Assembly (NCBI GenBank): GCA_964035545.1
Contig: OZ037767.1
Coordinates: 3,984,707-4,048,706 of the forward strand
Length of the DNA: 64,000 nucleotides
Direction: 5' to 3'
From: Bugula neritina
Lineage: Eukaryota; Animalia; Bryozoa
Shown in pieces: positions 17,384 through 31,732 of this stretch. Position 1 is the stretch's first letter, and every line of letters begins with the position of its first letter. The position numbers and the translations under genes are program-made. The notes under the pieces are model-generated. The model had not been told where the DNA came from. It did no database searches and worked only from the letters and a program-made list of their open reading frames with translations.

Positions 17384-18766
17384 GTAACGTATAGCTAAGG
17401 TATTGCGTTATATCTAAACATACTCCGTAATTAAGTTGATAATTTAATAAGATTAAGTATTAGTATAACTTAGACTAGAGTCAGTCATAGTCATACTGAT
17501 AGTACTAGTAGGTTTTACAAGTACAGTAACAGTAAATGTAATTAAATTATTTATTTGCTAATTTAAATGCTAATACTAATAGTATTAGTTACACCGACAT
17601 TTTTACTCACAGTTACACTTAATCTTACTCTTAGTCTTACAGTATTAATATAACTATAAGATTAAGTATAAGATTAAGTCTCAGTCTGATTATTATAACC
17701 AGACTTAATAATTATAATAATACTAATACTAATAGTATAGTTATACTTATATAATGATAATCATTATATAAATCATAAATGGTCATTACTAAACTTTAAG
17801 CATTACCTACTCCTAGTCACTTTGAGTATCACCTAGACACTGAGTTTGATAGTAATAATATCAATATCATACTCATACTGAGTTATATTAACGCAAATGC
17901 AGTATCAGTATGAGTATGCGTACGAGTGTTACTGTTAGTGTTACTGATAGTAATACTAATACTAATAGTAATAGTACAAGTAAAATTAAGTGTAATACTA
18001 ATGAAGTAATAGTAATACTAAAATTACATATTATAGTTGACGTTGTACTTGTAGTATCAGTATGACTATGACTATGAGTATCAGACTTTCAGTATGAGTA
18101 TGACGGAGTTAGAGTATCACTATGAGATTACTATGACCATGAGTATCGCTGTTACCGTGATACTGATACTAATACTGTGACTGTCTAGTACTTGACCTTG
18201 TACTAATAGTAGTGGTAACTGAACTCAAAGTCAAATTTTTAGAACCTGGAGCTGTGTTTAGAGTACTAGAATCAGCACCATTGACCTATTTTTAAGTCAT
18301 TTTGATTGTTAGTGTACTCTTGATCGCATTTCAAATATAATTATTTATTGCATGATATGATTATTAGTGCTTAACTAAAATTTACAATTTTCAAGCTAAA
18401 TAAACCAACAATAATTTTTTTAAGTTAAACTGGTTGTTTAATTTTGTTTCCAAAATATGGAAAATGGATTTTAGGGATGCAAGCAGATTAGGTCATAGTT
18501 GTAGTGTACATATGTCAATTGTATTATTAGGTAGTCCTGTACATATCAGATGTCTTTCATACTTCGTAGTAAATTTATACCTACGGAGCCTATGATTGTA
18601 TTAGTGAAGTTTACCAAAGTTACTAATGAGATGAAGGTGCATTTATAATGTTGATAAAAGTGTTGGTAATTATAGCATTCTTCTAATATAGTAAAACTGG
18701 TGACCAGTTACAATATAATAGATTTAGTGCACAATATTTATAGATTGGAAGGAAAGGGTGTAGGCA

Positions 18767-21700
18767 ATGGATCCGATAACGCTTGCAATTGGTGTGGCTG
18801 TGACGCTAGCCATTGGCGCAGCTGTTGCACTTGTTTCAATGTTTGGCTTCGGAGGGGAAACTGAATATGAGCAGCAGATAGCCAGGCAGAAGGAGATACT
18901 GTTGGATGAAAGCAAGGTCAAGTCCGCCGACAAGAAAAAAGTGAAAACTGAAAAGAAGAAGAAAGGTGAGAATCGTTAATTCAGCTTACATGGGATTTAA
19001 ATGTTGTGGTTTAAAGTGTTTTTGCACCTGGTATGATTTTGTTTAGTGGCTGGAAAATCAAAGGCTGAAGGTGGTGAGTTGGTTAGTAGCTCAGATATGG
19101 ACGTGGATAGTGGTAAAGAGGAAGTAGACGGAGCCTCTTCTGACGCCCTCAATCACCCCCATATTGAGTATGATCCTGACCCTGTAATCATCGAGGATGT
19201 AGATGTCTCTACTGCACCCCTTTCTAAGGCAGCAAAGAAAAACCGGGTAAGTCTAAATTATGGTAAAATCCCACCTCGGCGAGTGAGTCATAAATGCCGT
19301 GTGAAAGCAACCTTCTGCTACTAACTGATGTCTATTAGATTAGTTTGTAGTCGAGGAAGGTGCAGTTTATTGAATCATTCAGTAATTTTTCATTTCCTTC
19401 TCTTCGCAACTGAATTATCTGCCTGCCGTCTACTCATCTTGTCTGCTTTTCATCAAGTAGCTGATTTATTAGTTTTCTTTTCTAAACAAAGCATATTTTA
19501 GATCAATAAGCTATTATTTTTTACACTGAGTGCTTTTATTTGTATTGGTGGATAATTTACCTTGCATCATTAGGCTGAAGGTCAGGTGCATAGGCATAGT
19601 GAAACTATTGTTATTGAAAGTGCATGGCTAGTCTGCATATACCCCTGCTACTCACTGGGCATTTAATACATGCTGTAAGTGACTATGCTAAGTGACATGG
19701 TGTTGTTGAACTGGGGGTAATGTGATAGGCGGGACAGCTCACGTCATCACCTCAACCCATGGCAGGCTATAATTAGAAAGGCAGTAGAACTAAAAAGGGT
19801 GTATCTAGTAAAGAATTAATTTTCCCCTATTTTTTTGCTTTAAGGTAGATAATTGATGCTTCTTTTCTGCTGATTAGCAAATGCAAATTAGAAATTATCA
19901 CTGCTACTATAGAATCATAATGTTGAAGTCTTTTACTGAGAAATTGGAAGTTCAGCCTTCTGCTTGCTTTATGCATATTTGCATGTTTCACCCGGTTACA
20001 GGTTGGAAGTTTAATGGGATTTTAGGTTCATAACCTGCACTTTTCGGGCTGCAAGAATAAAACACCATGTCTCAGATTATTAGCTGAAACCAACAGCTCA
20101 ATGTACTTCATAGCTATTCAAGCTTCATTGGCTATTGATATACTTTATAACTGTTCAGTTTTTAATGGCTGGGAAAAATTCTTTCAATATAATAAAATAT
20201 CAGATATATTTAGTTTCAAATGCATTCAACTGTTTCAGTATTAAATAAATCACTCAAATTAGTCGGTAGGTTTCAATATTGATTTTATATGATAATTATT
20301 AGGCTTACTTAACATGATGATGTGTCTGCGTCTCAGATCTAACTGCCTGATGAACTGTTGTTATTTCATTACGTGGCCGTCACTATTTCACTCTCTGATC
20401 TGCAAGGGCCACAAGTTGCCCCATCTTCAAATATTGATCGACAAAGCCTCAAATCTGCATGTAGTTTGTGCCTCAACCTTTGACAGAGTACTAGGTGACT
20501 GGTTGTTGACGTCAATGTTCTAATATTCTGACAGGCTCGTCGACTTCGACGTCGAAAGACAAGTAATCCAGCCCTGATTGTCATCCAGGGCGAAGGATTT
20601 AATCCCTTCAACAAGGTTCTTCTTGTGTTCAATTCTTATTCTCCTGATCCGTTTCTACTTTTAACTTGTGCCAGCATGCCTCTTCTCTGTTCTCCTGTAA
20701 TCTTATCTCAGTAGTTAAACATTTTGTTTTTCACTTTCTTACTATTTTTGTCTATTGTTTGATGTTACCAAACTGTTGGATTTAAAGCAATTTGAACTGA
20801 ATATTTTATTTCAACTAAAACATTCAAGTCTAGTAACTGAGAAGGCCTGTTATATTTACTGATTGGATGATAAATCACTGGTTATTGCAGTTTATTTAGC
20901 CTTCACTCTTATTCCAGTGTGATATGTTCTGGCGCTTTGCCTAGTTTCATGGTGATGGTATCTATTAAAAGTAAATGTCATTACAGAAGGGAGCCCCTAG
21001 CAAGTCTATTTTGGTGAATAAACATGAGATTCCACTGGTAAGAGGTAGTGACGCTGTCGTTGCTGAGACTGTGTTTCCCGAGGCAGCAGCACCTAAGGAT
21101 GACGTTGAGCTGAGACATAAACCCAAGAAGGTGTGTAGTCATGTTTGTAGTTGTTAGATATGATCCTACAATAAAATTTTGGTACCAACTCCTGAATGTT
21201 ATGCCACGTTTGTCTCCAGTAACGCTTTATGTGCAGCTAAATGTTAGTTGGTATTTCATGGCCACCTGTTGGGGTCACCATTTTAAGTCTTAAACCCTTC
21301 CGTATGTTGTGGGTTACCTAACAAATCGGTTATTAATGGAATAATAGTATCAGCTTATATATAATACCACTTGGTAATGCTACCCTGAAACTGTTCAGAT
21401 GTAGGAGTTTCCTAGAGATAAAAAGTAATGGGGATTAACCAGTGTAACCAGTTCCATTTAGGTGCAGTAGTGGTGAACTTTTAATAGTCTAAGTCCTTTA
21501 AATGTTTTCGTAACGTGTGGTTTGAGGTGCATCAATGCAGCGCTATAAACTCCAGCTACAAAGCTGTACAGCACTGCTGCCTTGTAGCGATGACCTCACA
21601 AGGTTATGACATACTGTCACTGGAATAGCCCACATCTACATACAGTCCTACACTATGTAGCATCATCTCCTACCACTTGCTTTACAATACCACCAATGCT

Positions 21701-24700
21701 TGTAGGCTTGTAGTTAATGCAGTTCACCAGTTTCTATACAAACTATAGTACGAAGCAAGTGTATGTGTGCGACATATATGTAATGGTTTGGATACGTGTC
21801 AGTTAGCATATGAGTGTAGAGTTTATCAACAGACTGTCTAATGATCAATATGTTGATTGCTTGACTGTAGGCCGGGAAGAAGGAGAAAGTAAAGCAAGCC
21901 TCGGTAGTTGCCGAGCCAACCCCTGTTGTAGATGAAGTGGTTGTTCTAACGCAAGTAAAGAGCCAGTCTTCTGCACCAGTGCCTGGGGTATGACTACTGC
22001 TCTGTATATATTCTCACCTCACACATTCAATGTGCCAGTTACTGCTTATGTACGCCAAACCTTTATGTAATAGCCTCCCTGGCTAGTGATGGTAATACAT
22101 AAGGTTTACAACTCTATCACGTTATCTTTCCGAGTTACCAAGTTCGCTATGCAATAGGCATTCCGTCAGTTGAAATAGGAGATGCTTCAAGAGGCCAGTG
22201 TTTGCTTTACCCATGCGACTTCAATATTAGTTCACTCTGTTATCACCATGTTTGAGTTGCAAGTGTACAAGTTTCCCTCCAAGACACTAATGATTACACT
22301 CACGGCTGAGTTTATGTTAGAATGGTGTTTTATTTGCATTTAGTGAGTCTAACCATTGCCTGTGTTCCTTGTAGGCAGTTGAAGAGGTGATGGTGGCTAC
22401 TACAAGCGTCGCAGTCCAGTCTGCTCCTTCCAAGAAGAGCAAAGCTAAAGGCGGAGCAAGCAAGGGAGGAAGTGAGCTGGCTGCATTACTGGACGGCATA
22501 GAGAAGGCTCCCCTGACCAAGGATGAGCTACAGACACTGGTGGACAGTCTGCTGGCTAGACAGGAGGCTGAGGACAGCTGGACCACCAAGGTAGCACAAC
22601 TCCCTCCCCGATCCCTTATCTAACCCTATTTCAGTCTAGTTGTCTTTTAGAGTGTAGTTCTACTTCATTATAAGCAAGCAAGTCATCGTGCTGTCACACT
22701 ATATAGTTGGTAATTTCTTTTTCTCTACCCCTTCTGATCAATCCAGTAACACATCTTGCAAGTAATTGACAAGGAAACCTTCCTGGTTCCACTGACATCC
22801 AACTCTAGAAGCAAGTCAAGGTGTTTAGTCTTCAACAGTCTGATGCAGCCTACAGAAGGTCATAGAAATTATTCCTAATTGCGAACACAGATGATACTGT
22901 GTTGATTAGTAATGTTGAACACATGTTATTTACCTTCATCTCAACTCAAAACAGTAGAATATTGTTTCATGTGATGAAAACTACAACTTGTTTTCTGAAT
23001 CATATCAAGTATAGACAGTTGATTCTTAGTTCATCTTTTAGTTGCTCCACTTTTCTACTTGTAGCGATATTTTCTAATAATAGCAGTAATAGTAGCAACA
23101 TTAGTAATAGTAGCAGCAGTAGTAATACTAGCAATAGTAGTAGTAGTAGTAGTAAAGATTGATACTCTGTAGTTCTAGTTAGTTGGTAGGTGCCGGTGCA
23201 AGCTGCTAACTACTAGCACAGCTACTAACAGTAAAAGCTGACACAGTAACTATTGGGGATTTCTACTTCTCCCATAACAACTATATTCACCACTCCTTCA
23301 TATCTCAACATAATCTACAGGAACGTCCATTCCATGCTGTCTTGTTCCACAGTCCACTTCCACATGTTACATGTTATCAATAATTTATCTGTTTCATATC
23401 TAACCTTTGTAACTGTGTCCCTTTAGGATTCTACAAACTCTAGTCCTGGCTTTCTTTGCTATACCAGCGGGTGAATTCCCACTGTAGAGCTCAAATAGAA
23501 CGCTTTTCAAACTTGGTAATAATTACCACAGGCCAAGGTTATATTTATCAGCCCATTTACGTATTATTATTGTTTCTTAAAATATGGCATTTCACTGTAG
23601 TACCCTTAACTCTGACATTCACAGCATGCCCTGGCATATCACCCATACAAGTTTGCAGTATGATAGCAGCATGGTCTAAGCTACACTGGTTGGGAGGGAA
23701 TAACGATTTTAGATAAAATATTGAAATATATTTTTCTTCAACTGTTTGTTTTTATTAAAGTAAACTATGTTATACGATGCCGGAGAATAAGTAGCTGACG
23801 CATGTGTTTGTATGACAGAGCACCAAAGCTGACCCCATGGCTCTGCTGAAGAGGCAGCTGGAGGATACCCAGAATGCCCTGGAGGTGGAGCAGAGTAACG
23901 CTGCCTCTGCCCAGGAGAAGGTTCACGAGATGACCGTCAAGTGGACTTCGGCTGATAAAATGAGCAAAGGCTATTTAGCCCAAGTTCAGGAAGCGCAGGT
24001 CGGTGTTCGGTTGCATTTATCTCATGTGTTGATATAGATTTACCAACATGTCTGGTGGTCATGTCCCACCCTTCATATCATGACTTGCCAACTGTCTCTC
24101 TGTGAACAGAATCAGTTATCTTGTCATTTAATGAATGCAACTAGTAGTTGGCACTAAATTTATTTTACAATTTCTCTATTAGTGCTTGTACAGGATTCAG
24201 GTAAATCACATTCTCTAGAGTGTTGACACCTGCTGGCACCAATCAACAGTGATTGATGTCACCAGGTAGCTGATTGCCACATAATTATTATGTGAGCATC
24301 ATTTGAGGGCGAGGAGTTGTCCTCACCTATTCTCATTGTTTTCATTGCAGAAAATGAACCAGAAACTTAAGGCTGACAGCTATTCTGATAGACAGAAAGT
24401 TGAACAACAAATTGAACTGATAAACCAGTTGACTGAGGTGAGTGCATTTGGTGGTACAGCTGAGATCAATGTGAGCCTAGGGTGATCTGAGTAGATGTAA
24501 TACCAAACCTAAGTTTAGTGTGGAGTCTATATCATACTCTGTAACATGTGATGTAGGAAAACCAGAGCCTCAAACAATCTGTGGCCAACACAGATGAAGT
24601 CGCACAGATGCAAACTCAGTTGAAGACCCTGACCGCCGAAAAAGGAACTTGGAGCACCCAGACCGCCGAGACGGAGAAAGCTCTGGCCGACATCAAACAT

Positions 24701-27700
24701 CAACTGGCCAGGTGTGTTTCTAGATTAGTGATTGGCTGACCTTAGGTGCTGCCCGTGACATCTGCTGACATACTTGTGACTCACACCACCAACTTTTTGT
24801 TTCAGGCTCCAGGAGAGTCTGAAAGCCACGGAGACGGAGAATGCGGAGCTGAAGGGCAGATGCAATGACTTGGGACAGAAGCTGGCCCAGGCAGACACAC
24901 TGAGTATGGAGGCACAGAACAGGGCAAAGGAGAGCGAGAAAAACAACAAGAACTTGCAGGATCATATCCGGTCACAACAGAAAGATAAAGAAACTGAGAT
25001 ACAGGTGAGTGGCAAATTTATCTACTGGTGATATTTACAGGGTGGGGTATTCTGTCTAGCAGACATGACGTGACATGACGACATACATTAACTGTATTCA
25101 ACTTTTATGTTAACTTGAACCCGTATCCAGTTAGTAAGCCGGGTTGATTCGGAGAGTTTTTAGCTTCTACTGAGAGCTCCTGTATCATCCGATATGAGGA
25201 TTTTCTTCCGAGTAATTTTAGCTTGTGGACCTGAGGAATACTGTGGTGTTTGTAGGCTCTGAAAGAAGAGCTGACATTGGCTAAACAGCAAGCACAGGCT
25301 CCGACCGCCAACGGCACCCACACAAATGGAGAGCCCAACGGCTTCCCAGATAACACAGCACTGTAAATATTTCACTTTCTTGTATTCTCTTTAAATACTG
25401 TCTCACCCTACCAACTGAGGTGCTAAAAGTATTAACACTTCTTCTGCTGTAAATGTTGAAAGTTTTGAACTATTGTGAAGCTGGTATTGGATGAAATCAA
25501 TGTTATATATCTTACCTGTTTTATTATTTAATTTGTCGAGTTTTCGGGTGAAAATTGATCCAGGTATTAATACATTTATTTTCTAGGGAAAACAAAATCT
25601 CAAGCTTAGAGCTAAGTCTACAGGAGAAAGACACACAACTAACTAACCTAAATAAGCAGCTAGCTGTAGCTCGAACTTCACAGACAGAGTTGGCGGCCTT
25701 GAAGCAGCGTTCCACAGAGGAGGCTGCACAGCTGAGCGATGCTGAGGCTAAGATAACCACTCTTCAGACCAGCGTGCAGACACTAAAAGACAAAAATAAC
25801 GTGAGTGTCACTCAGGGCTTTGTAACAAACCAGATACACACACATAGAAACCACTGTTTACATTACGTCACTCTCTGTGGAACAATGCTTCCTCCATTTT
25901 TATATTAGTGTAAAAGTTTTAGGAAATCTCTGCTCCATAAATTTGTTGGTGGTTTTTGTCTCCCCTACCCTCTCTGTCTCGCATGTGAGGGAGTTTTCCT
26001 CCCCTATCTTAAAGAATGCATACAGCATCCGTGTGTTCGCGTCTTTTCATGTGTTTACTATCGGCTTAAATTGACCTTGGCAGGAGTTACGGCGAAAGAA
26101 CTGGAGTTTAGTTGAGTCACTGGACAAAGTCGAGACGTCCTCCGCGTCGAAAAGTGACACCGATAAGGAGATTGAGGAAAAAGTGTCCACAATAAACTTA
26201 CTGAAGGATAAAAATTCAAAATTACAGGCCGAAAACAATGTATGAATTAATGCTTTGGCTGCTTTACGTGTTTGCTCTTGCTGTCTGCCATGTGCTGGTG
26301 CTGCTTATTCAATTTCATTTAGGTTATTCAAAGGTAGCATAACTCCCACTTTTTCTCTGAAAGAAACTAATGTCTATTGAAACACCAGTCACTATATTTG
26401 CTGCAAACAGTTGCAAACACAAAATTATTCAAGCTGGTACAGTTTTCTGATTTTATGTCGCATGTCTGTGTTTGGTCTTCGAGTAGGTCTCGACGTAATA
26501 CATTTGGTTACTGCTGGCTCTAACGTAGTTACCTGGGTGTGTTACGGTGTGTGTAACATAAGCTGAGGGCAAGTGTTTTAGAGAGGGTTTATGTTTATCC
26601 GTGTCCGTTCCCTGGCTCACCCTTACTCTTCATTTTTTCCTCTCAATTTATACTAAAAGTCATAATATTTTCACCATTTAATGGACTTGAATGTGTTTAT
26701 GGGTTCTTGTGCACATTTTTCTAGATTATGCGAGTCCAATTTCATTATTAATTGTTTACAGGACTATGAAGTCTTGTGCAATCATCGCATGTGCTTTGCT
26801 CTGCACACAGTCACAATTACTAAAACTATTTTTTACACTCATCATATTTCCATCTGTTTATTTCGCATATTTCTGTTGATATCATGAAATACTAATCATT
26901 GGTATTATGTTTGGTTAACTACTGAACATGTTGCACTGTGCCAGTCTTTATTAAACTCATAGATGGCATGCATTGCTTCTAAACCAACAATACACATCTA
27001 CAGATGCCAGCATACTGTACCACTGTCAGTGGTTGCTTTGTTATATAAGTTTTGTTGAAAAATCAAATATTTTTGTGATTTATTCATAGTTCATATAAAG
27101 TTTAGTTTCTATTCCCTGTATTTGCAATGTCTAAAGATCATTGAATTGCATTGCAATTCACAACATCTGCTTTGCTTGCTTCACATGCTTAAATTGAAGT
27201 AGGTGAAGTTGTGGAGAAATTGAGAAAAGCCTATGTTCTTGATTGAAAATGCAGCGAAAAAAGTTATGTTCTCTGAAGAATTTCAACTTGCGCCCCAAGC
27301 CAAAATTTAATAATAAGATTAAAGAACTTAGGCTATCTCCACTACTGCTCCTAAGTTACATAACATGTGCACTGATTGATGTTTTGCTAGTGTACATTTC
27401 CCCTCAACTGAAACCCTTGTGTGTTTTAGGAGTTGGCTGAGAGGTCGGCTCAAATGTCCACCCTCACTGATGAAGTGACGTCTCTCAAGAAAGAACTGAA
27501 CCAGGCCAAGGCCAGTCTAGACAGTAAAGACTCGACTATCTCACAGCTAGAAGATTCTCTTCATTCTGAAAGACAGAAAGTCTCTGTAAGTTTTGTGATT
27601 CCAGCAGCTCATTCTCTGTTTGACAATTAAAACTTTCATTTCCTGCTATGTGTTTTATTGAAAATTAAGTCAATCAATTTATTAATTGGTAGGTTTTGGT

Positions 27701-30700
27701 TTTCATGCAGATTTGAAATTATTTCGTGCTCTGTGTGTGTGTTTCATTATTTCCTAAAATTCTTATTCCTGAATAAATTTTTCAGCTTTCTACAGTTAAA
27801 ACTATTTCCGTTTGTCCCACATGTATGCCAGTTTTCATTATTGATGGATTTTGCACATTTTTGGCTCAATCTTTTGTTTCTGTCACTTGCATGTAAGTAG
27901 GGTGTTGATAGTTCTCAACATCTGAAATCGACCTGCGGCCAAACGAGCAAAATTGTCAATATTGAAAGCAGGATTTTGATTTTGCACTGGAATTTCGTTT
28001 CTTCTGCCTAAATTTTCCAAGTCTTTTCTGATCATTTCAGCGTTGTATATCTCCTTCACTACAGTCTGTACTTGAGTGTGTTTTGTGTAATGAAATCGTG
28101 TGCCCACTCTTTGTGATTTTGATTTCTTTCACAACTCCTTGTAATAACCGGACTGGGTCGTCATCTGTTTCTTGTCTTCCCTTGTCTCACGTCTGCTCTG
28201 TGTGTCGCTGCTTAACAGGCCACCGAGTCAGAGTGTAGAGATATTCTTGAGAAAGAATTTAATCGCACCGTTCAAACCATGTCAAACGACCATAAGGATG
28301 TGGTTGACCAACTTCAAACCAGTATAGGCGGTTACCAGAGTAGAATCACCACTCTGGAGAAATCTGCCGCCGAGCTAGAGGCATTGATTGGACAGCTAAC
28401 CGACTCTGTATGTAATCGCTGATTGGCCAGCCTTCCACCTTCATTCTGCATGCTCTTTTCGTTCTAGTTGTTTAGCATGATGTACTTGTGATTTCTTCTT
28501 CTGTTCCTGCGTTGGCTGTGCTAGCACGTGCTCTTTCAACTTCCTTTCTTTCAACTTCCTATCTATTAAACTTATTCTTTTATTTTGGAGTTGCATGCAA
28601 GTCTGTATCTACTAATGAATCTAAAAGTGGAAAGGGTTTTCTTCGGTGACAGCCTCTTTTTCTCACTTAATTTTGACTTCAATTTACAATCACTTGGGAG
28701 TTAAAAATAGTGTACCTAAACTTGGGAAACATTGCATGCCAACTTTTTATGCTACTAATATGCTGTAAGTTTTATAATTGTTTAAAAATATTTTAAATAT
28801 GTCAGTTCTACTTTTAATAGCAATGGTTGCTGTGTTGTTATTAGATGTTATGGGGATGGTGTTCTTATAATAGTTTGAGAAACTGAAAAAAGATATTTGC
28901 ATCTTACTAATTGATATGTCTGTACAAGTATTGTTATATTCTATGGTTTGGACTTCTGATCACAGCTTTTTTTGAAGCTGTATTTGCTTCTGCTTCATTG
29001 CTAGTTGACTGATATAGTACACCTGCTGTCATTCATTTAGAAGTATACATTACTAATATCTCTGTGTTACAGAAAGACTCTGCCACAGCAGATGTAGAAA
29101 GTCTGACGGCACAGATATCAGCCTTGAACAGGGAGCTGGAGATGCTACGCTCTGCTAAACAAGTGTGTTCTAAGTGCATCTTCTTCACTTCATTGCTTCA
29201 CAATAAACAGTTGACAATATTTTTTTGTTTTGTTATACAAGTTGAACTATGTTGGGATAATAGGATAATGAGCTACGAAAATGTATCTAAAAAATCACAG
29301 CATTTCCGGTCATATAGTTTAATTGTTGCTAAACTTAGTAATTAGCCACAGCTGTTACTTGTTAGTTTGTCCTACTAATTCTGTAATACTGCTGTCTAGT
29401 AGTCTGTAGTCTGCAACACCATTGAGTAGCTGCGACTGAACTACAGCTATGTAATATAATATCTTACAGAGCTCCGAGACACCTGCTGCAGGTGTTGAAG
29501 CTTCACAAGGCGCTGATACAACAGCTAGTCTCAATAAATACCGAAACTGTCTTACAGAAGTGGTGAGTTCTAATTTTCAAAACGTTTTATACTCCAGCTT
29601 AACTAACACTACTAACATAACTTCTTTGATGAAAGATTTCATACTTCATGGATACACTGTGATCAATTCTTAAAGGGCTTAGCATTGTTTTATTGCTCTG
29701 TTACTTGAAGTGTCTTTAAGATGTTGTTTGGTTTTAAGCTGATTTGAATTATTGTTGCTTAAAGGAGTCCATGTTGGACAGCCTTGGAGCCAGAGTACAA
29801 CAGGAACACAGCAAGATAGCTATAAGCCTCAGTTCTAAAGATGATGAGTTGTCGCAAGTCAAATTACAACTGGCCGATACTATTAGCCGTCATTCCACAG
29901 ACGTGAGTTTTCAGTCTATTTGTATCTCTTTATTTCCAGTTTTTACTCTCGTTTGTGGCTGGTTGGCAATTAATCTAAATTCTTGCATAATTTGCAGAAC
30001 TATGGTAAATGTTGCCTGTGTAAGGCAAGTCAGAGAAATGAGATTGGTTGGGGTAATGATTCCTATCAGTATTCAAACAGGAATGGCAACATATGTAATA
30101 ATAAGTCCTTTTTGTCAGCATTACCAACAATATTGTAATTCCTCAAACTTCCTGTACTGTTGAAAGCTGATGAGCATATCATGTGTTGATATCTGGCCCT
30201 ACATTCTACTGAGTAAATACTTACGTACCCATTCTGTTGATGAATCTTAGCCTGTAGTAGTGAATCTCTTATTCTCATTATTTGAATCAGAAACGCTTAA
30301 AGCTCTTTGGTTTTGCTGTCTCACTTCTGTATTTTCTGTTTGCAGTCAGCTAAACACGTCAGTCTAACAGCTCAGCTGGGAGAGTCTAAAAAGGTGAGCT
30401 CTACTTTTCAGCTTCTCAGGTCGTGTGTCCTCAGAATTCCATTGGAACATATAAGTACTATGTCATTTTGAATTTGTGCGACTGTTTTTCCCCTCATTGT
30501 ACCTACACTATTCTAGTAATAGATAAAACTGTGCCGTTCCTGTATTTTCTTGTCATTGGCAAACCTTTACAGATGAAACACATTGAGACTGGTGTATGCA
30601 TAGCTGCAATGTATTCAACATGTATTAGATATATGACAAAGTTCTTGAGTCTCAATCTACTCACATTTGTGTCATATTGTAGAAAATAACGGAACTACAG

Positions 30701-31732
30701 AAGCTGCTCGCTGAGCAAACTGCAGCTTCAAAAGCTGAGGTGAGAACCCCTAAAGTATACTAACTTCTCATTGGTCTAACAGAAACAGCTAAATTGACTT
30801 CCACAGAAGCTGTAAAGTTTAAGCAGTAATTTAGCCATATTTGGCTACTGGCCAGGAAGTTGGGCCTGATAGGGTATATATCCAGGCCCTCGGTGCTTTA
30901 TCAAATGCAGTGCATTAGGTTCTAGGTCTAGGTCTTCTTCCCTCCCACCATTTAACCCCTAATATTCAACTCATACAATTCTCTCGTGTTCTATAGATCG
31001 GGAAGGCAGAAATTGCCCTCAAAGATGAACAATTAAAAAATAGGCAACTTGCACAGCACTTGGTTAGTATTAAGTGTCCGGGGCTCTGTGACTACTGTGA
31101 CATTGTAACTTGGTTTGTAGTGGTGGTGGTTGTTCGCGGCTCAATCTTTCCCCTCTTTTACACCAGTTTTCATCCATTCCAGCTGAACATACTCATAAAT
31201 ATTGTGAAAAATATAATAAATAGATAAATTCATTAGTCTGTGTACTAATAGATTTATTTATTTATTTAATATCCTATCTTAACCATTCTAATGATTTTTT
31301 GATTTATAACATTGCTTAGAGTAAATAAAATTTAAACTTACTGATTGGCTGATTTGCTTTTGAATAGCCAACCAACTGCTTTGTATTATGTTAAGTCGTC
31401 TGTCCTTTTGCTGTGTCGCAAGAGTGTCGTTCATTCTTTGATTTCGTCGTACGTCAACCTGTCTATACTTCACAAGAGAGTTTAGGTTTGCTGTATTTAA
31501 TGTGCGTGTGATGACATGTATTACTAACTGGACTGAGTTGTTGGTAAGCAGAATGCTTATGCATGTAGCTCCTGCTCTTCTAACAGCCTCTTGTTCTGAA
31601 GAGAAAACAGTACCTTTATGAGGTGTTGACCTCAGAAACTCGGAGCAACCTGTAAATGTAATAAATTTCATTTTGTAGGCTGCAGCAATGGCATCGTCTG
31701 GCGCCGATGATGATAGTGGAACTTGCGTATAA
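18767..31732 (+). CDS. RRBP1: Ribosome-binding protein 1 / kinectin-like ER coiled-coil membrane protein. Exons 18767-18965, 19047-19246, [20535-20615 optional], 20987-21130, 21871-21987, 22375-22590, 23819-23998, 24351-24437, 24557-24711, 24806-25004, 25256-25362, 25587-25800, 26084-26239, 27430-27585, 28219-28407, 29073-29162, 29470-29562, 29765-29902, 30346-30393, 30683-30739, 30997-31062, 31679-31732
   Basis: N-terminal TM followed by ETEYEQQIARQK and a Lys-rich tract (p180/kinectin N-terminus), DPMALLKRQLED, NNELRRKNWSLVESL (cf. DLREKNWKAMEAL), long heptad coiled coil and C-terminus SGTCV* (cf. EGTSV). Orthology to RRBP1 versus KTN1 cannot be resolved; it is probably the pro-orthologue of both. 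Confidence 0.85.
23072..23155. repeat. (TAG/CAG/TAA)n trinucleotide microsatellite in RRBP1-like intron
   Basis: taataatagcagtaatagtagc...agtagtagtagtagt. Confidence 0.85.

Noticed and set aside
22899-23162. Ser/Asn-rich ORF
   Set aside because: Trinucleotide microsatellite within an intron.
27883-28107. 74-aa antisense ORF in an RRBP1-like intron as a nested gene
   Set aside because: Non-ATG start, no recognisable homology and no supporting exon chain.
31288-31671. 127-aa antisense ORF in the last RRBP1-like intron
   Set aside because: No motifs or splice support; likely a chance ORF.
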